DNA from: Phoronis australis
Lineage: Eukaryota; Animalia; Phoronida
Length of the DNA stretch: 64,000 bases
Direction of reading: 5' to 3'
Assembly (NCBI GenBank): GCA_002633005.1
Contig: NMRA01000506.1
Location: 144,069-208,068, forward strand
Each line of letters begins with the position of its first letter. The stretch's first letter is position 1. Made by a program: the position numbers and the translations under genes. This document shows, piece after piece, positions 53,225-64,000 of the stretch. The notes beneath the pieces were generated by a model. The model was given only the letters and a program-made list of their open reading frames with translations, searched no databases and had not been told where the DNA came from.

Positions 53225-54146
53225 AGGAACATGCCACCCAAAAAACAACCTAATTTGAATCAATTTAGATCGAGTAGTTCTACTCCATAACGACACGTAC
53301 GGTTGCGTTACCTGACACCTGACGGCAGACGGAGGTGTTGAAATTATCCAATGACGTCATCGGTTTCACAAGCAGTCTGTTCAGCAGTTCACAACACGGG
53401 TATTGCACCTAAAGCCGGTAACGCAGTGATTTATTCATTGCTGGCTTCTCAAATCATTTGCACTCACGAACACTCCAAAAGGCATTACAAATTGCATCTA
53501 ATGAGACAGAATTTGTTTCAGTTTTATATAAGTATTGGTTAGGTGAGAATAATTCATTTTGAAACAGAACGCTCAGTAATAAACGCCAACATGGCAACTC
53601 GCAATCCCTACTTAGGATGAGCTAGAGCTCATCAGTCCCAACTTCGCAGGTGGATCGTTAAGTTTTACAGGTAATCAATCCGAACAGGAATACAGTGATG
53701 AAGAAATACTAGAGGGGTGCCGTGAACAAGCTCAGACAACGGAACGTATGGAGTTATTTGGTAAGCCGGCATTCGTCAGGCACTGTCGACGTCTGCCACA
53801 GACACGGAGATGTTTCACAGCCTCATACTTGCTATAATTACAGAGTACACTTCATTCTTCACTACCATGAGCCACTTCCTAAGCATTTCGGACTCTCGAG
53901 AAAGTATAAAAATGATGTACCCGCTTTCCTCGCAGCTGCTTAGTTCGGACAAGCGGGAACGATGCACCGCAACAGCGGCATTCACTCTGCATATGAACCA
54001 CTGACGTCGCTAGCATCGTTTCTCACCTTCCTCACAGGTTAATGAGACACCTCTTGGCAAGGTAAGGTCGAACGTATGCGAGGTGATGTGGATATAGACC
54101 GATTAAGACGGCAAAAAAGACTAGTTAAATCGGGTGGCATTCTCCT
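53225..54146 (-). mobile_element. Kolobok-type DNA transposon remnant A (internally deleted)
   Basis: TTAA on both sides and TIRs aggaacatgccacc / ggtggcattctcct. Carries the THAP N-terminus (RCIVPACPN, LRKWL) on the minus strand and the start of the second ORF on the plus strand. Confidence 0.8.
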
Positions 54147-54331
54147 TTAAAGGTGCTTAAAGGAGAATGTCACCTGATTTAATTAGTCTTTTTCACCATC
54201 TTAATCTGTCTATAACCACATCACCTCGTATAGGTCGATCTTACCTCACCAAGAGCTGTCGCAATAACCTGCGAGGAAGGTGATAAACGACGCAGCGACG
54301 TCAGTGGTTCTTCTGCAGAGTGAGTGCAGCT

Positions 54332-54650
54332 ATGGTGTAGTGTATCGTTTCCGCTTATGTGAACTATGAAGATGTGAGGAAAGCGGGTATATTGTTTTTT
54401 TTTCTCGATTTCCTCGGGAGCCCGTAATGCTTCGGAAGTGGCTCGCTTTGGAAGTGGCTCACAGCAGTGAAGAATGGAAAGTATGCAGTTAATACTAAGT
54501 ATGAGGCCGTGAAACATCTCCGAGTCTGTGGACGGCATTTCGTCTACAGTGATTTCACTGACGAATGCCAGCTTGAAACAGCTCATACCAGGGCAGAAAA
54601 AGAGACCGAGACTGAAGTCAGATGTTGTGCCTTAAGTGTGTTTGCATTCG
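54332..54650 (+). pseudogene. THAP zinc-finger remnant (transposase N-terminus)
   Basis: MV*CIVSA..RKAGI..RFPREPVMLRKWL..AVKN..HLRVCGRHFVYSDF..LKSDVVP*VF; contains stops and frameshifts. Confidence 0.8.
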
Positions 54651-54779
54651 GCAGGCAGAAGACAAAGAAACGTGGATCAGTTGTTGATCAGTTTTTGATT
54701 ATGGAGAATTGTAGTTGGCCATGAAAACATAAACAATTACAATTTACAATTGATTCAAGGCATGAGAACTTAACGTTTT

Positions 54780-55230
54780 ATATAACCTGTTTGATGACTG
54801 ACTCGTTCGTCAGGCTTCTGTTTGGTCCTCTGGGTGTAAGATGTTTTCGCCAGAAGTAATTCTTTTTCCCAGACCTAAAAAACGTTGGAAGCACACCTCT
54901 GTTTAGATGCGGAGCAAAATCAGGATGGTCCGTGAGACACATCTGCGCTTCTCCAAGAAGGCATTTCACTTGTGGAATTTCGTGACTGCAAACACAAGCG
55001 TCAGTTGTTTTCATTGTCGTGCTCTTAGCACAGTGACACCATGACAAGTCGATTCAAATGGTTTTCGGAACTATCCATATTTTCCGTTGTCTGTACACAT
55101 TCACGGCGCCTCTTTAGTATTTCTTGATCAGTGTATTCCGGTTCAAACTGATAGCCTGTGAAACTAACGATCGACCTGTGAAGTCTTCGTCAGATGAGCA
55201 CTCGTCTCAGTCAGGATTGTGGCTTGCCAC
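54780..55230 (-). pseudogene. P2X7 C-terminal/nanor-like cysteine-rich ORF remnant (Kolobok accessory protein)
   Basis: GYQFEPEYTDQE followed by SWCHCAKSTTMKTTDACVCSHEI...CLTDHPDF, matching the WCxCxxC..M.T..CC.E...C.T.HP.F pattern. Confidence 0.75.
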
Positions 55231-55420
55231 GTTGACGTTCATTATTGTGCATTCTGTTTCACAATGAATTATTCTCACCCTAACCAATGCTTATGTAAAA
55301 CTGAAAAAAAGTCTGTCTCATTAGATAGTGTGTAATGCCTTTGTAGTATTTGTGAGTGCAAATATTTTGAGAAGCCAGCAATGAATAAATCACTGCATTA
55401 CCGGCTTTAGATGCAATAAG

Positions 55421-56145
55421 GCTAGTGACCGGGCACGAAGGCCGTGTGAGCGCATGCTAATTCAGTGTTTGCTGACAGAAAGCTGTTGTCAAACAATAAC
55501 TCGATTTTATACCTTATGGTCAGATGTTAGAGAAATCTTTACTGAGATATTCATATACATTATTCGAATCATTGTTGTACAACTTTTGCCTTGAACAGTT
55601 CTGTGGAAGGGGAACCTGACTTTGCAGCCCCAAGCGAGTAAGTAGATTTGCAGTTTCGTGGCTAATTCACCAAAATAATCATGCGTAAATTATTTCTTTG
55701 GCTCACTAGTGGTGTTTTCGTGACTGGACAGTTTCGTTTCCAACTTTGGCTGGTTTATGTTCGTGATATCTTCAGTCCGGCCCCAACGGGCCTAATATCA
55801 GGTTCCGAGCCAGTGGCCGGGATAACAAGCGTTTTGCCATGTGTTTAGAACTGAAAAAAATTGCAAGTCTAAAATTACAACACCAGCTATGTTCTCCTAT
55901 CTGTATTTAACGGGAGAATGCTTCAAATTTATCACCGAACTGACCCCAAACTCCCACGACTAACCTTGGTGAATTGGCCTACTGAACTTTGTAGGCTATG
56001 GTACGTTCAAATACCTATAAATCTGTAACAGCGAAATAAAACAACACACTTGTTCAAGAACTCGGTGTATTTGTAAGGGTTTTACATCGAATTTTGATGA
56101 TTTATTGGTGTAAAACGGTGAATTCAAGTGATAAGCTGACACCAG
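55421..56145. mobile_element. 725-bp unclassified insertion inside Kolobok B with a TAAG duplication
   Basis: Absent from the paralogous site in copy A (53385-53410). TAAG occurs at 55417-55420 and 56146-56149. Confidence 0.8.
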
Positions 56146-57541
56146 TAAGCATGTTGTGAACTGCTGAACAGGCTGCGTTCGAACATGTGACGTCATTGGT
56201 TAATTTAAACACCTCCGTCTGCCATCAGGTATCATGTAAAAGAACTGTACTTGCTGTTATAGAGTCAGGAACTACCCGATCTAAATTGATACAAAATAGG
56301 TTGTTTTTTTAGATGGCAATCTCCTTTAATGTTTCAGAGCATGCACAGCCTCTTCAATTTTGCAAAAATTCTGCAATTTTGAGAATTAAAACCTTCAGTC
56401 TTTACCTATAACCTGATTGTTGTTTTCAAGGAAAACATTTCCTGCGGAGTATCACGTAGCACAGAATTGTTGACTACACGTTTCATGATCATGGTTTTGT
56501 TGAACTTTTGAGCTTATTATAGATTTTTAATAAATCTTGGAAATTTTAATTGTCTGCGTTCACTACAACAAATTGGCGACAGCTTCAAGTAATGGACAAG
56601 GAAGCTTGACAGAGATAAGAATGAAATATTGTCAACAAGTCTCACCATTATTTTAATTTTCTAGTTTACGACAGTAATCAGCATAGTTGCTTTGGGTCTC
56701 ATCTACCTTGTCATTGGATGGTTTTTAAAACAAGAAAGACATTTTCTTAAATTAAGGAATGAGTAGCATAGGTGTTGTTTATTTAAAGTATTATTTAAAG
56801 CATGCCATCAAAACTGAAACTATTTTTATTCGAAGTATCATCAACATACAACAGAACTACATGACATCGAGAGTCACACATTAGAGCAATACTGAGTGTT
56901 AATGTTTGCACCTGCCACGGGCATGGCAAAAGGTATAGATGTGGGGGCGCTTATTTTTCAAAGATTTTCTTAGTAGTCAGATCCAATCACAATGGCAACT
57001 TGCCAATAGGGAACACTACTGACAGTAGTCAAACCTGTGGCTGCCAAGTGCCAACCCTTTTAGCACATAACATCTAACTTTCAAACTTAAAATCCATACT
57101 TTGCCATTAAAAATTTGAATCATTTCCAACATTTTCAGAATGTTCAAATTTCAATAAAAAGCATAAAAATCTCCCAAAACAACAATTTTCAACTAAAAAA
57201 GGGACATTAAGAACTCAGCTCAACATGTGAATGTTCTGAAGTCAGCAGACCTGAACACTAGATATCAAACTGAGTATTCAATCTTGATGTCAAAAGTAAA
57301 TGATTTAGCGTCCAATTACATAGGACACTCCCTGACTGCATATCGAATATTGAGGCATAAATGTCCATGTAACAATCGCATTTTAAAAAAATGTATCTTC
57401 AGAAATCATACCATGAATAAAGCATCACGGAAATTGAGCACTTCAAAAGTACTTAGTCACTCAGAGATTTAACGTTTTACCATTTGCTTTTTACTATGTC
57501 ATTTAAGTATTATTTACCTGGTGGTGGACCAGTTTACAAAA

Positions 57542-58614
57542 TACCGTAAACATTCGGGTTAACATCCATGCTCTCATTCTAAGCACCCATCCCCTATATT
57601 TGTGAACATTTTGGGCATTAGCCCCCAGCAGCTGCGCATGATAGCCCCTGCCTTGAAATTTTTTAAGAATTTTCAGTTAAGCACCCACTCCTCAGGTTAG
57701 CGCTCACTCATAATTCAGTATCTGGTTCACCGAATTAATTTTCAAAACAGTAAGGCGCGCTTTCAATTACTAAATAGGGATCAATTTTGTGTCACTGTCT
57801 GCGTTAAGTCTGTGAACGGTGCTAGGGACTATAAGGTATTCTGTAAAGGTGTTCTGCAAGACATTATAAATGTCCCCTTGAAATTACACAAGGAGGTTAA
57901 TTAGTCTGCCACAAAGTCTCAGTCTACACTACCACAATTTTTTTTCAAAAGAATCCATCTTTTCTTGAAGTTGTAAGAGTCCAATCACAGCTTTGTTTAC
58001 CTCCGAAGGTAAAGTGACACAAGTAACTAGCACATTGACCTAATTTTCCATATGTGACACATATTCAGTGCATAAGGAGTAAACAAAAATCAGCCAATAA
58101 CAGAAATCCACTTGAAGTCAAAGTATTTCAAGGCACTTTATTTCATTCAAAACTAGTCATGGAATGCATAAACACGATGAGTCACAAGATTTCTTTCTTG
58201 TGAAGTTGGCAGTGCTGACAAATCAGAGCCAAAGTTTTTTTGATAAGATGCTTTTCAATCACTGGAGTTGCAAAAGTTGGACTGTGAATAAAAGAAGTAA
58301 GTTTGCGGTTAAGATTTAGCTAATTGCTATTCAACAACTTTGATGACAATCATATGTCATGTCTGTCCTAGAAAAGTGGTAGGTATTTTTTCAAGATGTA
58401 TTTTATCCTCTACTGGAACGTTGCTTAGAACGCTGATTCAACTTTCAAATAGGTAATTCCAGCCTTGTGCAAAATTCTTTGAACCTTGGGCATGAGGATT
58501 TCAATTTTGAAGGCCCGTGTTTGGGCAGCCTGACCCAAACCCAATGCCAGCCCCCCTCTGTGGGTTAAGCACCCCAATTTAAGCACCCAGGCATTAACCC
58601 AGATGTTTACAGTA
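57542..58614. mobile_element. ~1.07 kb TA-flanked pogo/Tigger-like non-autonomous element
   Basis: ta|ccgtaaacattcgggttaa ... ttaacccagatgtttacag|ta, with subterminal taagcaccc repeats. Confidence 0.8.
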
Positions 58615-59279
58615 CATTTACTTGGATCATTGGCTGGTATTCAGGTCACTATTTATTTTAATGTCAAGTCACCAGGTAAAAATCTGTGAAATCTGTGATC
58701 ACAGATGGTAGATGATTTATTGGTCATTGTTCATTGTTTCTGGGGGGATAACACACTGAATTCCTTTTCCAGTTTCTAAAAGTACATCTAAATACTCGGA
58801 ATATACACCTAAAAATTCCTATTTCCACATTTAAACAGGATTTCCAAAGGAGATGACATCCCACAATGCAAAGTCAAGTATGGGAGTTCCTCAGTCCATA
58901 ATTCACAAACTAACTTCAAAAGATGAATTATGAAAGGGAAAGACAGAATGCACATTACACTATACACTGGTACACTCTCAACTATTTCAACCATTTGCCC
59001 AAAATTTCCATCTCGATCTTCGCCAATCTGGTGCTTCCAAATACATTTTTTACTTTCAGCTGATTTTTGAAGAGAAATAAATGCTCAAAATCATTAAAAT
59101 TTCAAAACAACTATACAATGATTTTTACTTTTTGTCTTATTTTTTTTTCTTATTTATACTTCATACTTGAAGTCAAGTATTCCAAAGTGGTTCTCATTCA
59201 TTCCCTTGCATAAATTTATTCACTCACTAGTAACCCCGAGACACTCTTTTGTGCAAGGTTCGATTGTCTGCCAGTAAAG

Positions 59280-59345
59280 CTTTGATTTGAACCCTGGTCT
59301 TCCAAGGGAGTCTGGAGCTCATACCACTGAAATACACCGTCTCCT
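59280..59345 (-). mobile_element. possible degenerate tRNA-derived SINE head
   Basis: The minus strand reads tcagtggtatgagc ... gggttcaaatc, resembling A and B boxes. Confidence 0.3.
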
Positions 59346-59613
59346 CATAAGGCTCAAAAGGTGTCAGCCCTATAAACCATTCCCAAAAATCAATACCAGT
59401 TGAGCTTTCCTCAATTGGAACACAGATGCCAAATTCCATTTGGAAACACGGCAATTATTTTTGTCCAAAATATTGAAATTTGCACCAAGCGGCACCTAGT
59501 GACTTGCTAGAGAATTACAAGTATAATCAGGAAAAGAAATGATTTGTAAATAAATTACGGTTTTAAAGAAAACACTAGAACTGATATGCTTAAAAACTGA
59601 TGTGTTAACATAT

Positions 59614-60878
59614 AAAACAAGAGCAACACGGAGTGTTGAAATGCACCCACGAAGGCATTGCAAATGGTGTGCATTTAGGGTTATTTATTTGTATCTTAAA
59701 AATGGCCACTAGATGACGCAAACATAAAATCCATCCAAAACAGGAACATGACATATTTCATAAAAATCTGTCAAGGAACTTCAGAGAAACAAAGGAAAAC
59801 AGAATAAAATGAAATTGCCACTAGTGGGCAAAGTGTCCGTTGGATCTGCCTGAAAGTCGTCGTCGTCTGTTGCTATCTTTATATAAATACACTTACTAAA
59901 TTTAGTAAAGATCCTATAGTGGGTTTAGGATATACAACTATGGGCGCAAAACAAAACTATCACTAGGAGGCACCACAATAGTCAGTCACCATAATCAAAG
60001 GTCGTCTTCACACTGAGAACATATAAAATGTCAATTTTCAAATGATTTGAGTGATACAGGGGTGGAAGGCAAAAGCAAAATTTGAAAACAGCAAAAATGG
60101 CCACTAGGTGGTGCAAAATACCTCGATTCCATCCAAAAACAGCAAGATATCGTCATCACACCAATAGATGTCTATATTTAAAATTTTATAAAAATCTGTT
60201 GAGGACCTTTGAAGATAAAGAGTTAAACATAAAAAACTAAAACTGCCACTAGGGAGCACAGCAGTAGTCAGATCTGTCTGAAACACTTGCTAAGTTAAGT
60301 AAAGATCCTGTGAACGGTTTAGGAGATACAGCCGTAGGCGCAAAAAAACAAAACTGCCACTAGGAGGCGCCAAAGTAGTCAAAATCGTCGGAAAGTCATC
60401 GTCAACTGTCCTCTTTATAGTAAGCACATACACGCCAATTTTCACAATCATCCTTTGAGAGCTTTGGTTAATAGAGGGGTGGATGCAAAAAAACAGACTC
60501 AAAAACAGTAAAAATGGCCACTAGGTGGCGCAAACTACGTCGGATCCATCTGAAAACGGAAGGATAGTGTCACCTCACTAATAGGTGCCTACATACTAAA
60601 TTTCATGAAAACCCGTTAAGGACTTTTGAAGATACAAATGTACACCGGTAGTCGGATCTATTCGAAAGTTCGTTCATGCCGTCCCATCCATGAAAGGAAC
60701 ACGTGTGCAAAATTTCATGAACATACCTCAATCGGTTTTGAAGATAAAGCAGCAGACGCCGGATAGACAGATGCCGGACGGACGGACGCCGGACGGACGG
60801 ACGCCGGACAGACGCCGCCCGGACGGACGCAGATGACAGCATAATGCGTCCACATATAAATATGTGGGTGCATAAAAA
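59614..60878 (-). mobile_element. HINE/pearl-like element, family 1 (copy 3, structurally most complete)
   Basis: On the minus strand: T-tract, subTIR atgcacccac with an inverted partial copy (60844-60873), (GTCC)n-type microsatellite (~60753-60830), tandem core repeats, second subTIR (59641-59650), stem-loop caacac-tcc-gtgttg, then ctcttgtttt. This is the established DINE-1/pearl layout. Confidence 0.88.
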
Positions 60879-61491
60879 TCTAATAATTCCACACAGTACG
60901 CAATAGATATTTGATAGTTAATAAACAAATAATAAAAACTGTGCTTTGTTTCATTAGGGTAATGATGAAATATTACCATACTCATTTACATAAAAATAGT
61001 CTCGCAAAAGGAGACTTTTGCGAGATTGTAATGGTAACTGGTTCTTGGATGGTTTCCAGCTCATTGGTGGTCCCGGGATTGTTTGTAAATTAATAACTCA
61101 TCTTCTTATTCACAGTTTAACTAGACTAGGTGTTTTCTCTATTAATTCATACACTCTATTAGTTTGTACAAGACCCTTGAAACATGCCGTTTGTCTTCAA
61201 TAGTTCGTACAGTAGGCGTCTGAAAAAATAATTCGGACAAGCCTTTTGGATCGGTAAAATGGAAATTTTCATTCTTATATAAGAACACAAATCAATAAGC
61301 GTCAATTCTATTCAGGCGATCAGAATCCCGTTATTTGCTTTACTACGCTAGCATAGAGCTAGGAAAATCATTTTTCAGATCGCCATTTTTGGCAACAGAA
61401 AATTTGGAAATAGCGATAAGATTTTCCAGTGTATCACCAAATGGCAGTAAAATTGTCATAACAGCAGATTTTCCCAACAAGGGTCAGTTAC

Positions 61492-61690
61492 CTTCAGATT
61501 AGTACTACACGAATTAACAAACAAAAGTACGGAGTAACAGTACCGTGCCGTCCCGTAGTCTTGTTAGAGCTGATTCCGGTGACTGTAGTGCGCAGACGAC
61601 AAATGACTATACAGTGCTCTACTTTGATTACAACTATTCTCACAGGGCGAAGTGTACGTGCGCAATCTTCACGTTTTGCAGAGGTTAAGT
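61492..61690 (-). promoter_or_regulatory. candidate distal promoter and non-coding first exon (donor at 61492/61491)
   Basis: AAG|gtaact donor within a CpG-richer segment that has an ETS-like CCGGAA (~61573) and two TGCGCA (NRF1-like half sites, ~61589 and ~61659). The transcription start is not determined. Confidence 0.4.
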
Positions 61691-62339
61691 ATTAAATTTA
61701 TGGCTACAGTGCTCCCGTGACATGGGTAGACCTATATAAGTTCAGAGAGCAATTAATGAGTTGTTTGACAAAATAAATGGTTAAAAAAATAATTCGGGTG
61801 TTTTTTATGGTTGGGAATGTTTATGTTCTAGACTCGGCAACCCAATGAATTGTCAACGTAAGGGTTAATGCGGCAGCCTTATCTCGAACGCCCGGCACAG
61901 TTAACTTCAGTTATTATTGCATAAAACATGCTACGTAATGAAGATGAGAATCGGAGATAAGCGGACATGAGCCAGTCGTCAATCAAAAATTCCTACAAGG
62001 GCATTACTCAACAGCAAGTATTTGCTAAATATTTTATGACTTTGACTCAGGATGAGTCCAAAGAATCCATACAGTGGGGGTCCTAGGGAAAAATATTTCG
62101 TACAGTAGGTGGTCGACTGAAAAATAGTTCCGTACACGTATCTTTGTCGGCTCAACAAATCACCAATTATTTGGGTAATCGGTAGCCGCGGTAAGTTAGG
62201 GACGAGCGCTAACCAGGAATACCTACTCAGCGAGTACCCGCTTAAGTTTGGTATCGGTTGTAATCAACTTGGCACTAGACATTCACGACCTGAATTTTGG
62301 AAATGTGAGCCGAGACTGGTCATTTCGTATCAAGTTGCA

Positions 62340-64000
62340 ACATTACTTGGGTGAAGAACCAGCGTCGTCACACTCGGGGCAGACCCATAGATGCTCGGCT
62401 TTCCGCGTCATCAAGTCAGACAAGGTCCTTTGACTAACCACTCCAACAAACTGCTGATTAAACAATCGTCTTGCCCGGTCATGCAACTGACTATCAGCAC
62501 CACAGCCTCTCTCATATCCAAACAGCTGCATTATGCTGTCAATTGCATCTCCATTCTCCCATGGCTCCACCTCTCTAAGAGCTCCGAGAATCTCACTATC
62601 TCCCAGTCTGATGGTGCCCTGTATCGGTGCATTTCCCGCTAACTTGTCAGCTTTCTCATTTCCGGTGACCCCACCATGCCCAGGGGAGAATATCCAAGTC
62701 AGCTTTCTCAGTCTACCGTTTCGTAACTGCAGCAGCCACTCGGGTTTGAGATATCCCTTTTCGATTTTCTCATCATGCTCTGAGAGTCTGTCACAATAAC
62801 TGCACAGGTATGAGTGCTTTCCTGTAGCCATGCAACCTCCTCCATCTTCATACTAGATGTCGTGAGCTCATATGTATGCTTCACCATTTTCCGCTACTAG
62901 ATTTTGCTATCCACACTGGAAAAAATAGCCCCATCCAGATCTTTCTCCTCTTTTAACCGATCCATCAGTGTACACCACAGCATCTCCCTCACTTAACAAT
63001 TTTCATAGACCAGCTCAAGAACTTCACTGTTAACTGCACATTAAGCCGCCCTCTCACAACACTGTCGGCCCATAGTAATGACAACCCTGGTGAATCTGCT
63101 AGCTGTTTTGTCATCCACCTTCATTAAACTCTTAATTCTCCTCTGCGAACCAGATCCAGCTCACGCACTCTTTCTACAGTGGTTTCCGCTGCTAGCAACC
63201 ATGATTTGCCACGCTTTAATCTGGTGCCTTTGGGTACAGCCAACTGATCATGCAAGAGACTGTTTTTAGCCACCCGTAACATTGCTTTCACCTGAGATAG
63301 TCTGTGCCTTTTTTCAATACTGGAGAGCCCAAGAATGTATCTCATTGCTGCTATTGGGGTGTCCTGAGTACATCCAAGGAATTCGCATCCCAGTGTTGTG
63401 TATCCTCTCTAACTTCATCATTTGTGTCTTGGACGCTTTGATGATGCCCAAACCGTAATCAATGACTGACAATACTATCACCTTGAAGAAAATCAATAGC
63501 TGGCGTTGTTCTACTCTACAGGTAGCCATGGTCTTTAATGCAACTAGTCCATGTGCGCACCGTTTAGTAGGTGGTTCACATGCCCTTTGTAACTCAGCAT
63601 TCTGTCAAACGTTATCCCCAGGTACTTAAGGCCAGGTACTCTTTCCACATCCTCTCCCCCCATTCTCACTTGTGTCAGGTCTTTGCGTACTATATGGATA
63701 TCCAAGGAACACCAGAGCGCTGCTGCCTTAGCGGTGTTCACAACTGCACTATATTCATCACACCATTCATTGACCTCCTCCAGAGCCTTTCCCGCAACCT
63801 CAACCATGTCATCTCTGTTGGTGCCTGCTGTATATATAAGGGCATCATCTGCGAAAGTTAGTATTCTTCCTCCCGGTATAGTCATATTGGCACACCGACT
63901 CGTGTAGATGTTGTACATTACTGGTGACAGTGGTGATCCTTGTGGAAGTCCAGGAGTTATTGTAACTGGATTCAACACCCACTGCTCCAATCGTAGCGCA
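62340..64000 (-). mobile_element. decayed LINE with reverse transcriptase and RNase H (I-group, Ingi/Nimb-like); continues past the window edge
   Basis: RT motifs GLPQGSPLSPVMYNIYT, FADD, LKYLGITFD and SVIDYG. RNase H motifs VVYTDGSV (~62975) and WIFSPGHGGVTGNEKADKLA. C-terminal HLWVCPEC. Several frameshifts. Confidence 0.92.

Larger units (their letters stand above)
54161..56325 (+). mobile_element. Kolobok-type DNA transposon remnant B, inverted relative to A
   Basis: TTAA on both sides and TIRs aggagaatgtcacc / gatggcaatctcct. Convergent THAP and P2X7-C-terminal-like ORF remnants; no DDE core is visible. Confidence 0.82.

Noticed and set aside
60603-60985. Arg/Pro/Ser-rich repetitive ORFs
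   Set aside because: They are translations of the (GGAC)n microsatellite of the HINE element.
600-62050. Scattered AP-1 sites (TGACTCA/TGAGTCA)
   Set aside because: They are dispersed rather than clustered, and several are expected by chance in 64 kb.

Overview
This is AT-rich eukaryotic DNA, most likely from a marine invertebrate (inferred from the HERO, Kolobok and Helentron-type repeat repertoire). It has no prokaryotic features, and almost all ORFs in the track are spurious or transposon-derived. The window appears to hold the 5' part of one large minus-strand, intron-rich gene. Candidate parts are a non-coding first exon near 61.5 kb, several short ATG-bearing exons (38.1, 32.9 and 28.2 kb), and a well-formed internal coding exon at 17615-17750. 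The gene's identity is not established, and it probably continues beyond the left edge. The introns are packed with decayed mobile elements: an RNase H-bearing LINE, a HERO-type RLE retrotransposon, an L2/Crack-like 3' end, two Kolobok-type remnants joined end to end in inverted orientation, Helentron/HINE (pearl/DINE-1-like) elements and many MITEs. The most interesting observations are: (1) co-oriented arrays of CTCF-like motifs inside HINE tandem repeats, (2) the inverted Kolobok dimer, and (3) phase-matched alternative N-terminal exons. I cannot demonstrate a new biological system from the sequence alone. All classifications come from visual motif recognition, not database searches.
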